Source: Microcoleaceae cyanobacterium
GTDB lineage: Bacteria; Cyanobacteriota; Cyanobacteriia; Cyanobacteriales; Microcoleaceae
DNA: 64,000 bases
Assembly (NCBI GenBank): GCA_051652765.1
Contig: JBOFUV010000034.1
Coordinates: forward strand, 32,001 to 96,000
Direction of reading: 5' to 3'
Under the pieces are notes generated by a model. That model saw only the letters and a list, made by a program, of their open reading frames with translations, had not been told where the DNA came from and did not search any database. Below are positions 51,080 through 63,234 of the stretch, in pieces. Numbering within the stretch: position 1 is the stretch's first letter; every line of letters begins with the position of its first letter. The translations under genes were made by a program, and so were the position numbers.

Positions 51080-51535
51080 AGATTCAAGAGCTAGGTGAGT
51101 TGAGTGATTATTAAGATTTCCGGTAGCAACAAGCTTTGCTCCTCCAAACCCCAAATTCAGGGGATTCGAAGAGAGTTTAGAGCTTTGTATAGGAAGTCTA
51201 GCGGTTATTCCTACTTAATCTTAATTAATCTTGGCAAAAAGCCAAGATTAATGTGATTCAATTAAACTATAAAATTCTGAATTTTTTCTGAGAGATTTCT
51301 CAAGCTTGACTGAGAAATGACGGATGAAATCCTAGCAATCTTAAACATCAAGAATCAATGGAAATAAATCAATTTTCACTAATCCGAATCATCGGGCGAA
51401 CTAAACTTGAGCCTCCTTTGCATTGCAATTGAACCAACGCTTGCAGACCTTCTACCGCCACAACCTTGCAACTCGGCGATCGCCAATTATTTAACTGTTG
51501 ATGAACTAAAAAAACTTGTTTTGCATCATCTCAAT

Positions 51536-53092
51536 CTAACCTCCGCCTTGAGCCACTCCCCCGGCTCGCCGTAGATCAGCAGCAGCCCTAAGTCCCGAAT
51601 CGGGATGCCAAAGTACAGCCTGCACCCCACCGAAATACATGGAGAGTTGCGGAAATCTTCGGACTGCAACTTGGGTTTGAGAACCCGTTGATAAGCCGGG
51701 TTCTAGGGCAACTGTTTTTGTTCCAGCCAAAACTTCTACGTGGAGTCGAGGTTGGGCAATCGCCTCTGATAAAGGGATGCCGAGCTGCAACGTGTTGAAT
51801 AAAACCTGGGCGATCGCCGTTGTAATTCGAGAGGCTCCTGGAGATCCAATTGCCAGCACCGCGCCATCAGCCCGCCGAGCAATCGTTGGAGCCATATTGG
51901 AAACGAGCCGAGTTCCAGGGGGAAAATGCTCTAAACCCTGGGGATGGAGTTCCAACTCTCCCAAGGAATTGTTCAGCCATAGTCCGGTTCCAGAAATCAT
52001 TGCCCCTGAACCGTACCCAGCAGAAGCGCTGATAGAACAGGCCAAACCCTGGCTGTCTACAGCAGAGATATGAATTGTTGAGGGAGATTTAACCCCGTGT
52101 TGAGCCGAGCCTAACCCGGCCCATTCTAGTAATTGCAGGGCGGCTTGAGTGTTGTCATTACTCTGATCCAAGTGTTGACTGCGATAGTCCAACACCCCTG
52201 ACTGGATTTGAATCCATTGATCCACAGTGTCTGCATTCCAAGACTTCAATGGGTGCTGATCAATCAAGAGCAACATGGCCGCCAAACAGGCTCCCCCAAC
52301 GGCAGGAGGTGGATTTGTGACAATTTCCCAGTTTTGGTAGGAGATTCGCAGCGGTTGCCGAGGAATGGCTTGGTATGTCGCCAGATCCATCAGAGTTAAC
52401 AGTCCTCCATGGGCTTGAATTTCATGGGCAATCCGTTCTGCCAGGGTTCCGGTATAAAAAGCGGCAACGCCCTGATCCGCAATCTGTTGAAGGGTGGTTG
52501 CTAACCCCGGAATATGAACTGTTTCTCCAGTTGTGAGTGGTCGTCCATCAGCATGATGGAGGGTTTGATGACTATCGGGATGCCAGCCAAAAATTTCCTG
52601 GTGGCTATATGCCAGATATTCAGCCGCGACTTCGGGTAAGGACGATCCTTGCTCTGCCCAGCGAATCGCAGGTTGCATCACCGCTGACCAAGATAGTGAT
52701 CCGTAACCCTCAGAGACCCTGCTCAATCCCGCCAACATTCCGGGGGTAGCAACCGAGCCATAACCGACCCAGGTTTCCATGCCGCCCCCATACCCAATCT
52801 CAACTCGTTGAGTACTGGTCGCAAGCCGATTTGCTATCATCCCCCAATCTCCCAAACCCCGACCAGGCATCTCAGCATAGGCATCAATCACTACAGGCAG
52901 TGCATTGGGTGGCCAAATTGTGATGAATCCACTACATCCTGGAGCGATCACGGCTATATCAGTGCTCATGGCGACTAACGTTGCTGCGATCGCTGCATCT
53001 ACTGCATTCCCGCCCTGATCGGCGATGGCGGCTCCAGCATCTGCAGCAATTTGAGAGCCCGCAGCAATCCTGACAAAGGGCATAATCTTCAA
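51536..53092 (-). CDS. ggt: Gamma-glutamyltransferase family protein
   Basis: GGNAVDAAIAA, SVATPG, catalytic Thr in STIHISAVD, LNNSLGE, GSPGASRI and PRLH. Confidence 0.88.
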   Translation of the reverse strand: MKIMPFVRIAAGSQIAADAGAAIADQGGNAVDAAIAATLVAMSTDIAVIAPGCSGFITIWPPNALPVVIDAYAEMPGRGLGDWGMIANRLATSTQRVEIGYGGGMETWVGYGSVATPGMLAGLSRVSEGYGSLSWSAVMQPAIRWAEQGSSLPEVAAEYLAYSHQEIFGWHPDSHQTLHHADGRPLTTGETVHIPGLATTLQQIADQGVAAFYTGTLAERIAHEIQAHGGLLTLMDLATYQAIPRQPLRISYQNWEIVTNPPPAVGGACLAAMLLLIDQHPLKSWNADTVDQWIQIQSGVLDYRSQHLDQSNDNTQAALQLLEWAGLGSAQHGVKSPSTIHISAVDSQGLACSISASAGYGSGAMISGTGLWLNNSLGELELHPQGLEHFPPGTRLVSNMAPTIARRADGAVLAIGSPGASRITTAIAQVLFNTLQLGIPLSEAIAQPRLHVEVLAGTKTVALEPGLSTGSQTQVAVRRFPQLSMYFGGVQAVLWHPDSGLRAAADLRRAGGVAQGGG

Positions 53093-53180
53093 GGTAAATT
53101 AATTGAAAGTGAGTTGTGCAGGGTGGTCGAGCTTGCACAACTCAACATTTTCAACACTATTTTCAACGCCATGCCTGCAA

Positions 53181-54500
53181 TTAACCCTCTACTCTGTGAC
53201 CGTAAAGATCATAAACGTCAGCACGGGTAATTTGTACCGGAACAATTGATCCCAACCGGGCTTGACCCTGGAGGTAAACCAATCCATCCACTTCCGGGGC
53301 AAACCGAGCCGAACGTCCGATGAGTTTTCCTGTTTGAGGATTTTCCTGCTCAATCAAAACAGGCACAACCTGGCCAACGGACTTTTGGTTCTGCCGAAGC
53401 GAAATGGGCTGTTGTACTTGCATTAACGCATCTCGCCGCGCGGATTTCACTGCTTCAGGTACAGGATTAGGAAGGTCATGGGCGGGGGTGCCTTCCTCCG
53501 GAGAAAAGGTGAAGACCCCAACATGATCAAATTCGTGGCGCTGGATAAACTTCAGCAGATGTTCAAAGTGAGCGTTGGTTTCTCCGGGAAACCCAACAAT
53601 CAAAGTCGTTCGCAACACCGCATCTGGGATGGCGGTTTTGAGGTTTTCAATGATCTCATCGTTGACTCGACCTTGCCAGGGGCGGTTCATCGTCCGCAAG
53701 ATCTCGGGGTGAGAGTGTTGCAAGGGCAAATCGAGATAGGGCAGCACGTTTGGAGTTTCCTGAATTGCAGCAATCACCTTTGGCGTTAACCCCGTGGGAT
53801 AGGAGTAGTGCATTCGAATCCAGGGGACATTGACTTTGCCCAACGCCCGCAACAGGTCTGCCAACCGGGGTTCTCCGTAGAGATCCATGCCGTAGTTCGT
53901 TGTAATCTGGGAGATCAGGACAATTTCCTGGACTCCCTGGTCAGCCAACTGCTGGGCCTCGGTGACAATAGACTCGATTGATCGCGATCGCTGGTTGCCC
54001 CGCAGATGAGGAATAATGCAAAAGGCACAGCGGTAGTTACAGCCTTCGGCCACTCGCAGATAGGCGACTCCTTCCGTGGTTGTCCGATAGCGAGGCAAGG
54101 TTTCATCAGCAATGTAGGTGGGTTCGGGGGAAATTTCCACAACGCGATCGCCCCGTTCGACTCGCCGCACCACATCCACAATCTTGTGATAATCCCCTGT
54201 GCCAACAATGGCCAAGGCTTCCGGCAATTCGTCCAACAATTCAGTTTGAAAATGTTGGGCCATGCAACCGGTGACAATGATTTTCTTATCCGCCTCCGCT
54301 AGGTCAACCAATGTTTGTACCGATTCCGCTCGGGCTGCTTCAATAAAGCTACAGGTATTGACAATCACATAGTCCGCGAGGTCTTCGTTAGAATCAACTG
54401 GGTAGCCTGCTTCTACCAGCAACCCCAGCATGTGTTCTGTATCGATCCGGTTTTTTTCGCAACCCAGATGGGAAATGGCAATTGTTGGCTTAGATGTCAT
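53181..54500 (-). CDS. rimO: Ribosomal protein S12 methylthiotransferase
   Basis: [18 protein letters not shown], radical [11 protein letters not shown] and C-terminal TRAM domain with APEVDG. Confidence 0.97.
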   Translation of the reverse strand: MTSKPTIAISHLGCEKNRIDTEHMLGLLVEAGYPVDSNEDLADYVIVNTCSFIEAARAESVQTLVDLAEADKKIIVTGCMAQHFQTELLDELPEALAIVGTGDYHKIVDVVRRVERGDRVVEISPEPTYIADETLPRYRTTTEGVAYLRVAEGCNYRCAFCIIPHLRGNQRSRSIESIVTEAQQLADQGVQEIVLISQITTNYGMDLYGEPRLADLLRALGKVNVPWIRMHYSYPTGLTPKVIAAIQETPNVLPYLDLPLQHSHPEILRTMNRPWQGRVNDEIIENLKTAIPDAVLRTTLIVGFPGETNAHFEHLLKFIQRHEFDHVGVFTFSPEEGTPAHDLPNPVPEAVKSARRDALMQVQQPISLRQNQKSVGQVVPVLIEQENPQTGKLIGRSARFAPEVDGLVYLQGQARLGSIVPVQITRADVYDLYGHRVEG

Positions 54501-54900
54501 GCAGGTTTGGGGTCAAGAATGTAAAGAAGTACAGGTTTACTATCTTAACTTAAGCAATCCTCTGACTCGGACAAGGGATTCGGTTCAGAGCTACGCATAA
54601 AAAATTGGATGCCTGTCTAGTCAGGGTTCTAGACTTAGCTAGCCAAAGTATTTAAGGGTTACAATGCCTGACCTGCCAGGATCAAATATTATCATGGGGT
54701 TGCCCTGCTCGGTTTGCCTTGAGCTTGAACCCATCTCTCAGGCTCTAATCACAAACAGGGTGAGGGAAGTTGATTTGTATGCGGGGTCTCAGGCAGACTC
54801 GACCTAGACATTCCAGGGGTCAATCTTTACAATTATAAACAGTAATTTGATAAGACTCTTAACAAAATTCTTGTCGAAAATGTCCTTTTTTGTCGTTGTG

Positions 54901-56043
54901 ATGCCAGTAGAGTCAGACCGATCCCAGATATTTCCCAAGTTTCTGCTCGTCATTGCCCCATTTTTCTTGTGGGGTACTGCGATGGTGGCCATGAAGGGGA
55001 CGATTCCTCGCACCGCTCCATTTTTCATGGCCGGGATACGGTTGGTGCCAGCGGGATTCTTGGTCTTGCTGGTTGCTGCTCTTCAGGGACGCACCCAACC
55101 TTGGGGTTGGCGGGCTTGGGGGTGGATTGGGGTATTTGCTCTAGTAGATGGGGCTTTGTTTCAAGGATTTCTTGCGGCAGGATTAGCGAGAACTGGAGCG
55201 GGCCTAGGGTCGGTGATGATTGATTCCCAGCCTTTGGCGGTGGCCCTGTTGTCCCTCTGGTTGTTTCAGGAACGGATTGGACTTTGGGGTTGGCTGGGGT
55301 TAGGGGTTGGGATTGCTGGCATTGGTTTGATCGGTTTGCCCGATGCGTTATTTTTGAACCTGTTGAGTCTAGAGCCTGTGGCCTTCTCTGGCGAAATCGC
55401 AGCGTTCTTTCAGAGTGGAGAATGGCTAATGTTGATGGCGGCCTTGTCGATGGCCGTAGGAACGGTTTTGGTGCGCTGGGTTTGCCGTTATGCTGATCCT
55501 GTTGTGGGTACGGGTTGGCACATGGTTCTGGGGGGGTTACCGTTATTTGCCTTATCTGCGGGTTGGGAGTCTGAACAATGGGTGCATTTGAATGGCTCAG
55601 ACTGGCTAGCTTTGGGCTACTCGACGGTTTTTGGGAGTGCGATCGCCTACGGTTTATTTTTTTACTTTGCTGCCTCGGGTTCCCTCACGAGTTTAAGTTC
55701 TTTGACCTTTCTGACTCCTGTGTTTGCGCTATTGTTTGGCAATTTATTTTTAGCAGAGGTCTTAACTCCGATACAATCGACGGGGGTGGGGTTAACCCTG
55801 GTGAGTATTTATCTGATCAACCAGCGAGATTTCCTGGCTCAGAGGTTCAGGCTGCGGAATTTAAGCTGGAATTTAAGGCCGAATTTAAGTTTGACTGAGG
55901 GGGTAGAGGCTCAAGTCGAGCCTCTGTTGGGTGAAGTTCAGCAGTCTATTGTAGAAGTTCCTGCTCTAGAAATTCCTACTCTAGAAATTCCCTTTGAGGT
56001 TTGTTTGACCCAGCAAGAGCAGCAGCGGGTTGGGTCTGAGTAA
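54901..56043 (+). CDS. EamA/DMT-family transporter
   Basis: APFFLWGTAMVAMK, GAGLGSVMIDSQPL and about 10 TM segments. The start is uncertain (54880 or 54901). Confidence 0.9.
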   Translation: MPVESDRSQIFPKFLLVIAPFFLWGTAMVAMKGTIPRTAPFFMAGIRLVPAGFLVLLVAALQGRTQPWGWRAWGWIGVFALVDGALFQGFLAAGLARTGAGLGSVMIDSQPLAVALLSLWLFQERIGLWGWLGLGVGIAGIGLIGLPDALFLNLLSLEPVAFSGEIAAFFQSGEWLMLMAALSMAVGTVLVRWVCRYADPVVGTGWHMVLGGLPLFALSAGWESEQWVHLNGSDWLALGYSTVFGSAIAYGLFFYFAASGSLTSLSSLTFLTPVFALLFGNLFLAEVLTPIQSTGVGLTLVSIYLINQRDFLAQRFRLRNLSWNLRPNLSLTEGVEAQVEPLLGEVQQSIVEVPALEIPTLEIPFEVCLTQQEQQRVGSE

Positions 56044-56203
56044 GGGTTCTGAGTCAGGAAAGGGAGATAGAAAAGCAGTGTGACACCCTGAAGGGAGAGC
56101 TTACACATTGCCTAAAACATACTGCATGACATACTGGAGCAGAGGGGTGAGGTCGGTAGCGGAGAGGTTTGCCCTTCGGTAGCCGTTGAGAAGAGGAGGA
56201 AAG

Positions 56204-58018
56204 ATGAAAGTAGGAGCGATTTATCAAGGCGGGGGACGATGTGAATTTATCGTTTGGGCACCGTTGAGACAGCAAGTTGCAGTTCAGATTCTTGCCCCCA
56301 CCGAACAAACTGTGCCGATGCAGCCCGATCCATTCGGATACTGGCGGGCGAGTGTGACGGGAGTTGAGCCAGGAAGCCGTTACTGGTACCAACTGGATGA
56401 TGAACTCAAACGACCTGACCCAGCCTCCCATTATCAGCCTGAAGATGTTCACCAGCCTTCTGTCGTGGTTGATCATCAGGTATTCCCATGGCAAGACCAG
56501 AGTTGGCGAGGAATTGCTTTAGAAGATTGGATTCTTTATGAATTGCATGTGGGGACGTTCACCCCAGCAGGAACGTTTGCGGCAATCCTTGACCGAATTC
56601 CTCAACTGTTGGATTTGGGGGTTAACGGGATTGAACTCATGCCCGTAGCTCAGTTTCCAGGGAGTCGAAATTGGGGCTATGACGGGGTCTATCCCTACGG
56701 GGTGCAAGCCTCCTATGGCGGCCCAGAAGGATTAAAACAATTAGTTAATGCCTGTCATCAACAGGGAATGGCCGTTATTCTGGATGTGGTCTACAACCAT
56801 TTTGGCCCAGAAGGGAATTACACCCAAGATTTCGGCCCCTATTTCACAGGCAAGTACAACACTCCCTGGGGACGGGCAATTAACTTCGACGATGCCTACA
56901 GTCCGGGGGTGCGGAACTTCTTTATTGAAAATGCTCTATATTGGCTGCAAGATTATCACATTGATGGCCTGAGGTTAGACGCAGTTCATGCCATTTATGA
57001 TTTTAGCGCAAAGCACATTTTGGAAGAATTAGCAGATCAGGTGGCTGATCTGTCGCAAGCAGTTGGTCGTAAGTTTTACCTGATTGCAGAAAGCGACCTG
57101 AATGATGTTCGAATAATTAAGCCCAAATCCCAGGGAGGTTATGGAATTGACGCTCAATGGAGTGATGATTTTCACCATTGTATTCATGCCTTGCTGACCG
57201 GAGAAAGCCGGGGTTACTATCAGGATTTTGGCACCGTTGAACAGTTGGCAAAAGCTTTGACAGAAAGTTTTGTCTATACGTGGAATTATTCTCCCGATCG
57301 CAAACGGTATCATGGCAACTCTGCAGTTAATTACCCACCGCATCAGTTCGTCGTCTGTAGTCAGAATCATGACCAGATTGGCAACCGGATGTTAGGAGAA
57401 AGACTGACGCATTTGACTTCTTTTGCCGGGTTAAAATTGGCGGCGGCAACGGTGATTCTTTCTCCCTATATTCCTCTATTATTTATGGGGGAAGAATATG
57501 GTGAAACCTCTCCGTTTTTATATTTTATTAGTCATTCTGATCCCCAACTGGTTGAGGCCGTTAGCCAGGGAAGAGAGCGAGAGTTTTTAGCCTTTCAGAC
57601 AGCAGGAGAACCCCGCGATCCTCAAAGTGAAATCACGTTTAAGCAGTGTATTCTAAACTGGGAACAACGGACAGAAGAAAGCCACGGAACTTTACTGAAC
57701 TTTTACCGCTGCTTGATTCAACTTCGTCGTGAGATTCCTGCATTTAGAGAACGGCAAGATCAAGCCATTTGTTACTCAGAAGATCAACGTTTAGTGTTTA
57801 TTCAACGAAGGCATGGAGACAATCATATTTTTTGGATATTAAATTTCAGTCAACAGCATCAAGAATTTAACTTTACGGCTGATGGCAGAACCTGGCAGCA
57901 ACGGTTAGATTCTTCTGCGGTTCAATGGCAAGGTTCAGGATCTCAATTGCCAGAGATCCTGGAAAAATCACAGCGATTAACATTAACACCCGAAAGTTTT
58001 GTTCTTTACCAAAGTTAG
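56204..58018 (+). CDS. treZ: Malto-oligosyltrehalose trehalohydrolase
   Basis: YELHVGTF, RNWGYDGV, LDVVYNH, GLRLDAVH, IAESD and QNHDQIGNR. Confidence 0.96.
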   Translation: MKVGAIYQGGGRCEFIVWAPLRQQVAVQILAPTEQTVPMQPDPFGYWRASVTGVEPGSRYWYQLDDELKRPDPASHYQPEDVHQPSVVVDHQVFPWQDQSWRGIALEDWILYELHVGTFTPAGTFAAILDRIPQLLDLGVNGIELMPVAQFPGSRNWGYDGVYPYGVQASYGGPEGLKQLVNACHQQGMAVILDVVYNHFGPEGNYTQDFGPYFTGKYNTPWGRAINFDDAYSPGVRNFFIENALYWLQDYHIDGLRLDAVHAIYDFSAKHILEELADQVADLSQAVGRKFYLIAESDLNDVRIIKPKSQGGYGIDAQWSDDFHHCIHALLTGESRGYYQDFGTVEQLAKALTESFVYTWNYSPDRKRYHGNSAVNYPPHQFVVCSQNHDQIGNRMLGERLTHLTSFAGLKLAAATVILSPYIPLLFMGEEYGETSPFLYFISHSDPQLVEAVSQGREREFLAFQTAGEPRDPQSEITFKQCILNWEQRTEESHGTLLNFYRCLIQLRREIPAFRERQDQAICYSEDQRLVFIQRRHGDNHIFWILNFSQQHQEFNFTADGRTWQQRLDSSAVQWQGSGSQLPEILEKSQRLTLTPESFVLYQS

Positions 58019-58035
58019 AAATACTTTACTCCTCT

Positions 58036-60852
58036 ATGCGGATTCCAAGTGCGACTTATCGAATTCAATTCAATCCAGAGTTTGGTTTTGAAGATGCTCA
58101 CAGAATCGTTCCCTATCTTTTTGAATTAGGCATTTCGGATCTATATGCCTCGCCGATTTTCAAGGCCAGAAAAGGGAGCAGTCACGGTTACGATGTGGTT
58201 GATCCGAGTCAGATCAACTTAGAACTGGGGACTGTTGAAGAGTTTGAAAAACTGATTGAAACCCTGCAAAATCGAGAGATGGGTTGGGTACAGGATATTG
58301 TTCCCAATCACATGGCGTATAACAGCCAGAATAAGTTCTTGATGGATATTCTAGAATATGGCCCGGATTCAGAATATTTTGAATTTTTTGATATTGATTG
58401 GGAGTATGCCTATGAAAATAGTCGAGGCCGGGTTTTAACGCCACTGTTGGGAGATTTTTATGGTCGATGTTTGGAAAATGGGGAACTTCAACTTTCCTAT
58501 GATGAAGAAGGACTAAGCGTTAATTACTATGGCTTAAAAATTCATCTCCGAGTTGAATCCTATGCTCAGTTTATCAGTCATGATTTGGGGTCTTTGTCTC
58601 GGAGATTGGGTCGTAGACATCCTGATGTTGTCAAACTTTTAGGGGTACTCTACATCCTTAAAAATATTCCCGCAGAAACGTCGAGCCAACAGCGACGAGA
58701 TCAGGCTTTATTTGTTAAAGGTTTACTATGGGAACTCTATCGAGATAATCAAGAAATTCGGGAATTTATTGACCAGAATACTGAGCATTTTAATGGCGAT
58801 GCGGGGTATCCTGAAAGCTTTAATCTGTTGGATGATTTATTATCAAATCAGTTTTTTCGCCTGTCTTTTTGGAAGGTTGGGGCTGAAGAACTCAACTATC
58901 GTCGTTTCTTTACAATTAATGAATTGATTGGAGTTCGGGTAGAAGATTTTAAGGTTTTTCAAAGAACCCATGAATTTATCGGAAAACTAGTTGAGTCTGG
59001 CAAGCTCACAGGACTGAGAATTGATCATATTGATGGGCTTTATGATCCAGTTCAGTACCTGCGTTGGTTGCGAGATCGAGTGGGTGATCTGTATATTTCT
59101 GTTGAGAAAATTTTAGAGTTGGAGGAAGAGCTTCCAACTAAGTGGCCGATTCAGGGAACGTCAGGTTATGAATTTCTGAACTATGTTAATGGTCTGTTTT
59201 GTCAGAATTCCCATGAGAGAAGATTTAATCAAATCTATCGAGATGTGATTGGCTTTATGCCACCTTATAAACAACTTGCGATTGACAATAAACGGTTGAT
59301 TGCAGACAAGAACTTAGCTGGGGATGCTGATAATTTAGCCCATGTCCTAAAGCGAATTGCGGGACAATACCGTTACGGGCGTGATTTCACGCTTCTGGGG
59401 TTGAAGACTGCGATTATGGAAGTACTAGTGCGTTTCCCAGTTTATCGAACTTATATTGACGAGCATGGAGTGAGTAAATATGATCGGATTTATGTTCAGC
59501 AGGCCGTTCGAGAAGCTCGAGGAAAGTTACCTGAACTTCCCAATGAATTGGATCTGATTGAGAAGTTTTTGTTGCTCGATTATGATGATTTCTTGAGTGA
59601 AGAAAATCAGAAACTTTGGTTGCATTTTGTGATGAAGTTTCAGCAATTTTCGAGTCCTTTAACAGCCAAAGGAATTGAAGATACTTTATTCTACGTTTTC
59701 AACCGATTTTTATCCTTGAATGAAGTGGGTGGTTCTCCGAATCATTTTGGAGTTGATTTGGAGAAGTTTCATCAATTTAATCAAGACCGTTTCAAAAATT
59801 GGCCCCATGCCATGAGTTCGTCTTCTACCCATGATACAAAGCGCAGCGAGGACGTGAGAGCAAGATTAAATGTGATTTCTGAGATGCCTGATGAATGGGA
59901 AGCGAATATCAGAAACTGGATTGAACTGAACCGTTCTAAAAAAGTAGAAGAGGATGGGCAATTGGTTCCAGACGGTAATGATGAATACTTTCTTTATCAG
60001 ACTTTAGTGGGAGCTTATCCCTTTTTGGAGGAAGACTATCCGGAATTTATTGAGCGCATTAAACAGTATGTCATTAAAGCAATTCGAGAAGCAAAAGTTC
60101 ATACAGCTTGGTTGCGTCCGGACTCAACTTATGAGGAAGGATTTATGGAGTTTATCGACCAGATTTTATGTCCCTCAGGAGACAATGAATTTCTGGTAAC
60201 CTTTCGTCCTTTTCAACAGAAAATTGCCTTTTATGGAATTTTTAATTCGCTTTCTCAAACGTTATTGAAAATGACTAGTCCGGGTCTACCTGATTTTTAC
60301 CAAGGCACAGAACTTTGGGATTTAAGTTTAGTTGATCCCGATAATCGACGACCTGTTGACTTCCAGCAACGGCTTTCATTCTTACAGGAAATTAAGCGTC
60401 GTTGTCGAACCGGAATTAAAGGTTTAATTGAGGATTTAATGACGACTTGGGAAGATGGCCGGTTGAAGCTATTCTTGATTACAAAGGTTTTAGGAGTCAG
60501 AAAGAAATACCTTGGTATTTTTCAGAAAGGCCATTATCAACCCTTGACCGTGACCGGTAAACACAAAGGCCATATTATTGCATTTGCTCGAACCTATGGA
60601 GAGAGTGCTGCAATTACGATTTCTCCTCGGTTTTTGAGCCATGTGACTCAGGCGAGTTTGTTCCCTTTAGGTGAATCAGTTTGGGAAGATACAGCAGTTG
60701 AAATTCCGAGTCAGTTTATTAACCGAACCTGGCGTGAAGTGATTGCTGATCAAGATATTCCTGAAAGTTCTCATGTTCTGGTGGGTCAAATTTTACAGAG
60801 CTTTCCCGCAGCTCTGTTGATTACTGTCACGGAGACAACTCAGCAGCCTTGA
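58036..60852 (+). CDS. treY: Malto-oligosyltrehalose synthase
   Basis: MRIPSATYRIQF, SHGYDVVDP, DIVPNHM, LRIDHIDGL, STHDTKRSED and LVDPDNRRPVD. Confidence 0.96.
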   Translation: MRIPSATYRIQFNPEFGFEDAHRIVPYLFELGISDLYASPIFKARKGSSHGYDVVDPSQINLELGTVEEFEKLIETLQNREMGWVQDIVPNHMAYNSQNKFLMDILEYGPDSEYFEFFDIDWEYAYENSRGRVLTPLLGDFYGRCLENGELQLSYDEEGLSVNYYGLKIHLRVESYAQFISHDLGSLSRRLGRRHPDVVKLLGVLYILKNIPAETSSQQRRDQALFVKGLLWELYRDNQEIREFIDQNTEHFNGDAGYPESFNLLDDLLSNQFFRLSFWKVGAEELNYRRFFTINELIGVRVEDFKVFQRTHEFIGKLVESGKLTGLRIDHIDGLYDPVQYLRWLRDRVGDLYISVEKILELEEELPTKWPIQGTSGYEFLNYVNGLFCQNSHERRFNQIYRDVIGFMPPYKQLAIDNKRLIADKNLAGDADNLAHVLKRIAGQYRYGRDFTLLGLKTAIMEVLVRFPVYRTYIDEHGVSKYDRIYVQQAVREARGKLPELPNELDLIEKFLLLDYDDFLSEENQKLWLHFVMKFQQFSSPLTAKGIEDTLFYVFNRFLSLNEVGGSPNHFGVDLEKFHQFNQDRFKNWPHAMSSSSTHDTKRSEDVRARLNVISEMPDEWEANIRNWIELNRSKKVEEDGQLVPDGNDEYFLYQTLVGAYPFLEEDYPEFIERIKQYVIKAIREAKVHTAWLRPDSTYEEGFMEFIDQILCPSGDNEFLVTFRPFQQKIAFYGIFNSLSQTLLKMTSPGLPDFYQGTELWDLSLVDPDNRRPVDFQQRLSFLQEIKRRCRTGIKGLIEDLMTTWEDGRLKLFLITKVLGVRKKYLGIFQKGHYQPLTVTGKHKGHIIAFARTYGESAAITISPRFLSHVTQASLFPLGESVWEDTAVEIPSQFINRTWREVIADQDIPESSHVLVGQILQSFPAALLITVTETTQQP

Positions 60853-61010
60853 ACTGATTACTGTTTATTGTGAGTAATTTGTAGTGGGGGTATCCTCAAG
60901 TTTTAATGAAGGAGCCACCCCAAACAAAAGGGCGGCTCTTTATTCAAAACCATATTTTAAACTTCTAATTTAAACTAAAAGTTTAAAGCTAGAAAATTGG
61001 GTTGGAGCGA

Positions 61011-62849
61011 CTAGGCGATCGCCGCCATTACTACATCATTATTGGCGAGTAAATCCTGCAATTCTTCAGCATCTACCGTTTCTTTATCAATTAACAATTG
61101 AGCTAACTGATCAAGAACAGTACGGTTTTCAATCAGAACTCGCTTGGCCCGACGGTAAGCTTCATCTACCAAGTGACGAACTTCTTCATCAATAGCTGCT
61201 GCAGTTTGTTCAGAAAAGTCTCGCTCAGACATGATGTCTCGTCCCAAGAAGATATTGCCTTGTTGACGACCCAAAGCAACGGGGCCAAGGCGATCGCTCA
61301 TGCCGTAACGAGTAATCATCTGACGAGCAACCTGAGTGACCTGTTGCAAATCGTTGGAGGCACCTGTCGTGACCTCTTCTTCACCAAAGATAATCTCCTC
61401 AGCTAGCCGACCGCCCAAAGCAACTGCCATCTTATTTTGCAGATAGGAGCGACTGAATAAGCCAGAATCCATCCGTTCCTCACTCAGCATGAACCAAGTG
61501 AGTCCTCCCGCACGACCGCGAGGAATAATACTAATTTTCTGCACAGGATCGTAGTCTGGCATCAACGCACCAACAATAGCATGACCCGCTTCATGGAAAG
61601 CAACCAAGGTCTTACGCTTTTCGCTCATGACCCGATCTTTCTTTTCGGGGCCAGCCATTACCCGATCAATTGCGTCGTTGACTTCGTCCATCGAGATCTC
61701 GGTCAACGTTCGACGAGCAGCTAGAATTGCCGCTTCGTTCAGCAAGTTGGACAAATCTGCTCCCGTAAATCCAGGAGTTCGGCGAGCAATCTTCTCCAGA
61801 TCGACATCCTTGGAAAGAGTTTTACCCCGAGCATGAACATTCAAGATTTCCAGACGGCCAGCATAGTCAGGACGGTCTACAACGACTTGGCGGTCAAATC
61901 GACCGGGACGCATCAACGCTGAATCCAGAACATCGGGACGGTTGGTGGCTGCAATGATAATAACTCCAGTGTTGCCCTCGAACCCATCCATTTCAGTCAA
62001 CAACTGGTTCAGGGTTTGTTCTCGTTCATCATTGCCACCCCCCAAACCTGCGCCCCGTTGACGGCCTACCGCGTCAATTTCATCGATAAACACAATACAA
62101 GGCGCGTTAGATTTGGCCTGCTCAAACAGGTCGCGAACCCGGGAAGCTCCAACCCCAACGAACATCTCTACAAATTCAGAACCAGAGATTGAGAAGAACG
62201 GCACTCCTGCTTCTCCCGCAACTGCCTTAGCCAACAAGGTTTTTCCAGTTCCAGGGGGGCCAACTAACAGCACACCCTTAGGAATCTTTGCTCCCACTGC
62301 CGTAAAGCGATCTGCATTCTTGAGGAAGTCTACCACTTCACTCAGCTCCAGTTTGGCTTGGTCAATCCCGGCTACATCCCCAAAAGTGACTTGAGTTTGA
62401 GGCTCCATTTGAACCCGTGCCTTCGACTTACCAAAGTTCATTGCCTGACTTCCAGGGCCACTCTGGGCTCGACGAAGTAAAAAGAACAGGCCAGCCAAGA
62501 GCAAAATCGGGAAGAACAAACTGCTCAACGCTTTGAACCAAAAGCCCTCATCGGCTTGAGGTGAAACCGTGATGTCAACATTATGCTCGGTCAGAATGTT
62601 GATTAAGTCGGGGTCGTTGGGTAAGTTAACCATGACCTTTTCCCCATCTTGAGCCGTCACCAAAGCCTTGGTTCGGTCTGCACTAAGGCTGACTCGCTCA
62701 ACTTTGTTCCCTTCAACTTCCTGAATAAAGGTACTATACTTCCAAGTCTCTCTTGCTTGGGGTTGCTTATCAAAAAACGCTGTCGCCAAAGCAATGACAA
62801 CAATTGCGAGCAAGGCATATAAGCCTGCATTTCTCCACCGCTTATTCAC
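61011..62849 (-). CDS. ftsH: ATP-dependent zinc metalloprotease FtsH (FtsH3-type N-terminus)
   Basis: [26 protein letters not shown] and HEAGH. Confidence 0.98.
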   Translation of the reverse strand: MNKRWRNAGLYALLAIVVIALATAFFDKQPQARETWKYSTFIQEVEGNKVERVSLSADRTKALVTAQDGEKVMVNLPNDPDLINILTEHNVDITVSPQADEGFWFKALSSLFFPILLLAGLFFLLRRAQSGPGSQAMNFGKSKARVQMEPQTQVTFGDVAGIDQAKLELSEVVDFLKNADRFTAVGAKIPKGVLLVGPPGTGKTLLAKAVAGEAGVPFFSISGSEFVEMFVGVGASRVRDLFEQAKSNAPCIVFIDEIDAVGRQRGAGLGGGNDEREQTLNQLLTEMDGFEGNTGVIIIAATNRPDVLDSALMRPGRFDRQVVVDRPDYAGRLEILNVHARGKTLSKDVDLEKIARRTPGFTGADLSNLLNEAAILAARRTLTEISMDEVNDAIDRVMAGPEKKDRVMSEKRKTLVAFHEAGHAIVGALMPDYDPVQKISIIPRGRAGGLTWFMLSEERMDSGLFSRSYLQNKMAVALGGRLAEEIIFGEEEVTTGASNDLQQVTQVARQMITRYGMSDRLGPVALGRQQGNIFLGRDIMSERDFSEQTAAAIDEEVRHLVDEAYRRAKRVLIENRTVLDQLAQLLIDKETVDAEELQDLLANNDVVMAAIA

Positions 62850-63234
62850 CGGGGTCTATCCTCCTACGCTTTCGAGAGTCCCTAACAAACTCGACATTTT
62901 ATTATGTTAACTAATATTAACGTATTTTCTCAGACTTGCTTAGCAAGAAGTTGAGTCATATCCTCTCTGCCCCCAAATTTTACCCCCAAATTTTGATAGT
63001 CTGAAGAGATGAGCGCATGATGAATTGCTTCTAGCACTGCATTTTGGAACCTGAGGAGAGCAAACCCGTGGCAGAGAAACTTAACTCACAGTTAGCCAAT
63101 CTAATTCGCCAATCTAGTTTGCCAATTTAATGGGTCATCCTCAACAAGTGATATTTCACGGTTAAGAGCAATCGTGATGAACAAATAGAAATTCAATCTT
63201 TATTACTGAATATAAAAGCACAAAGGAGCTAAAT

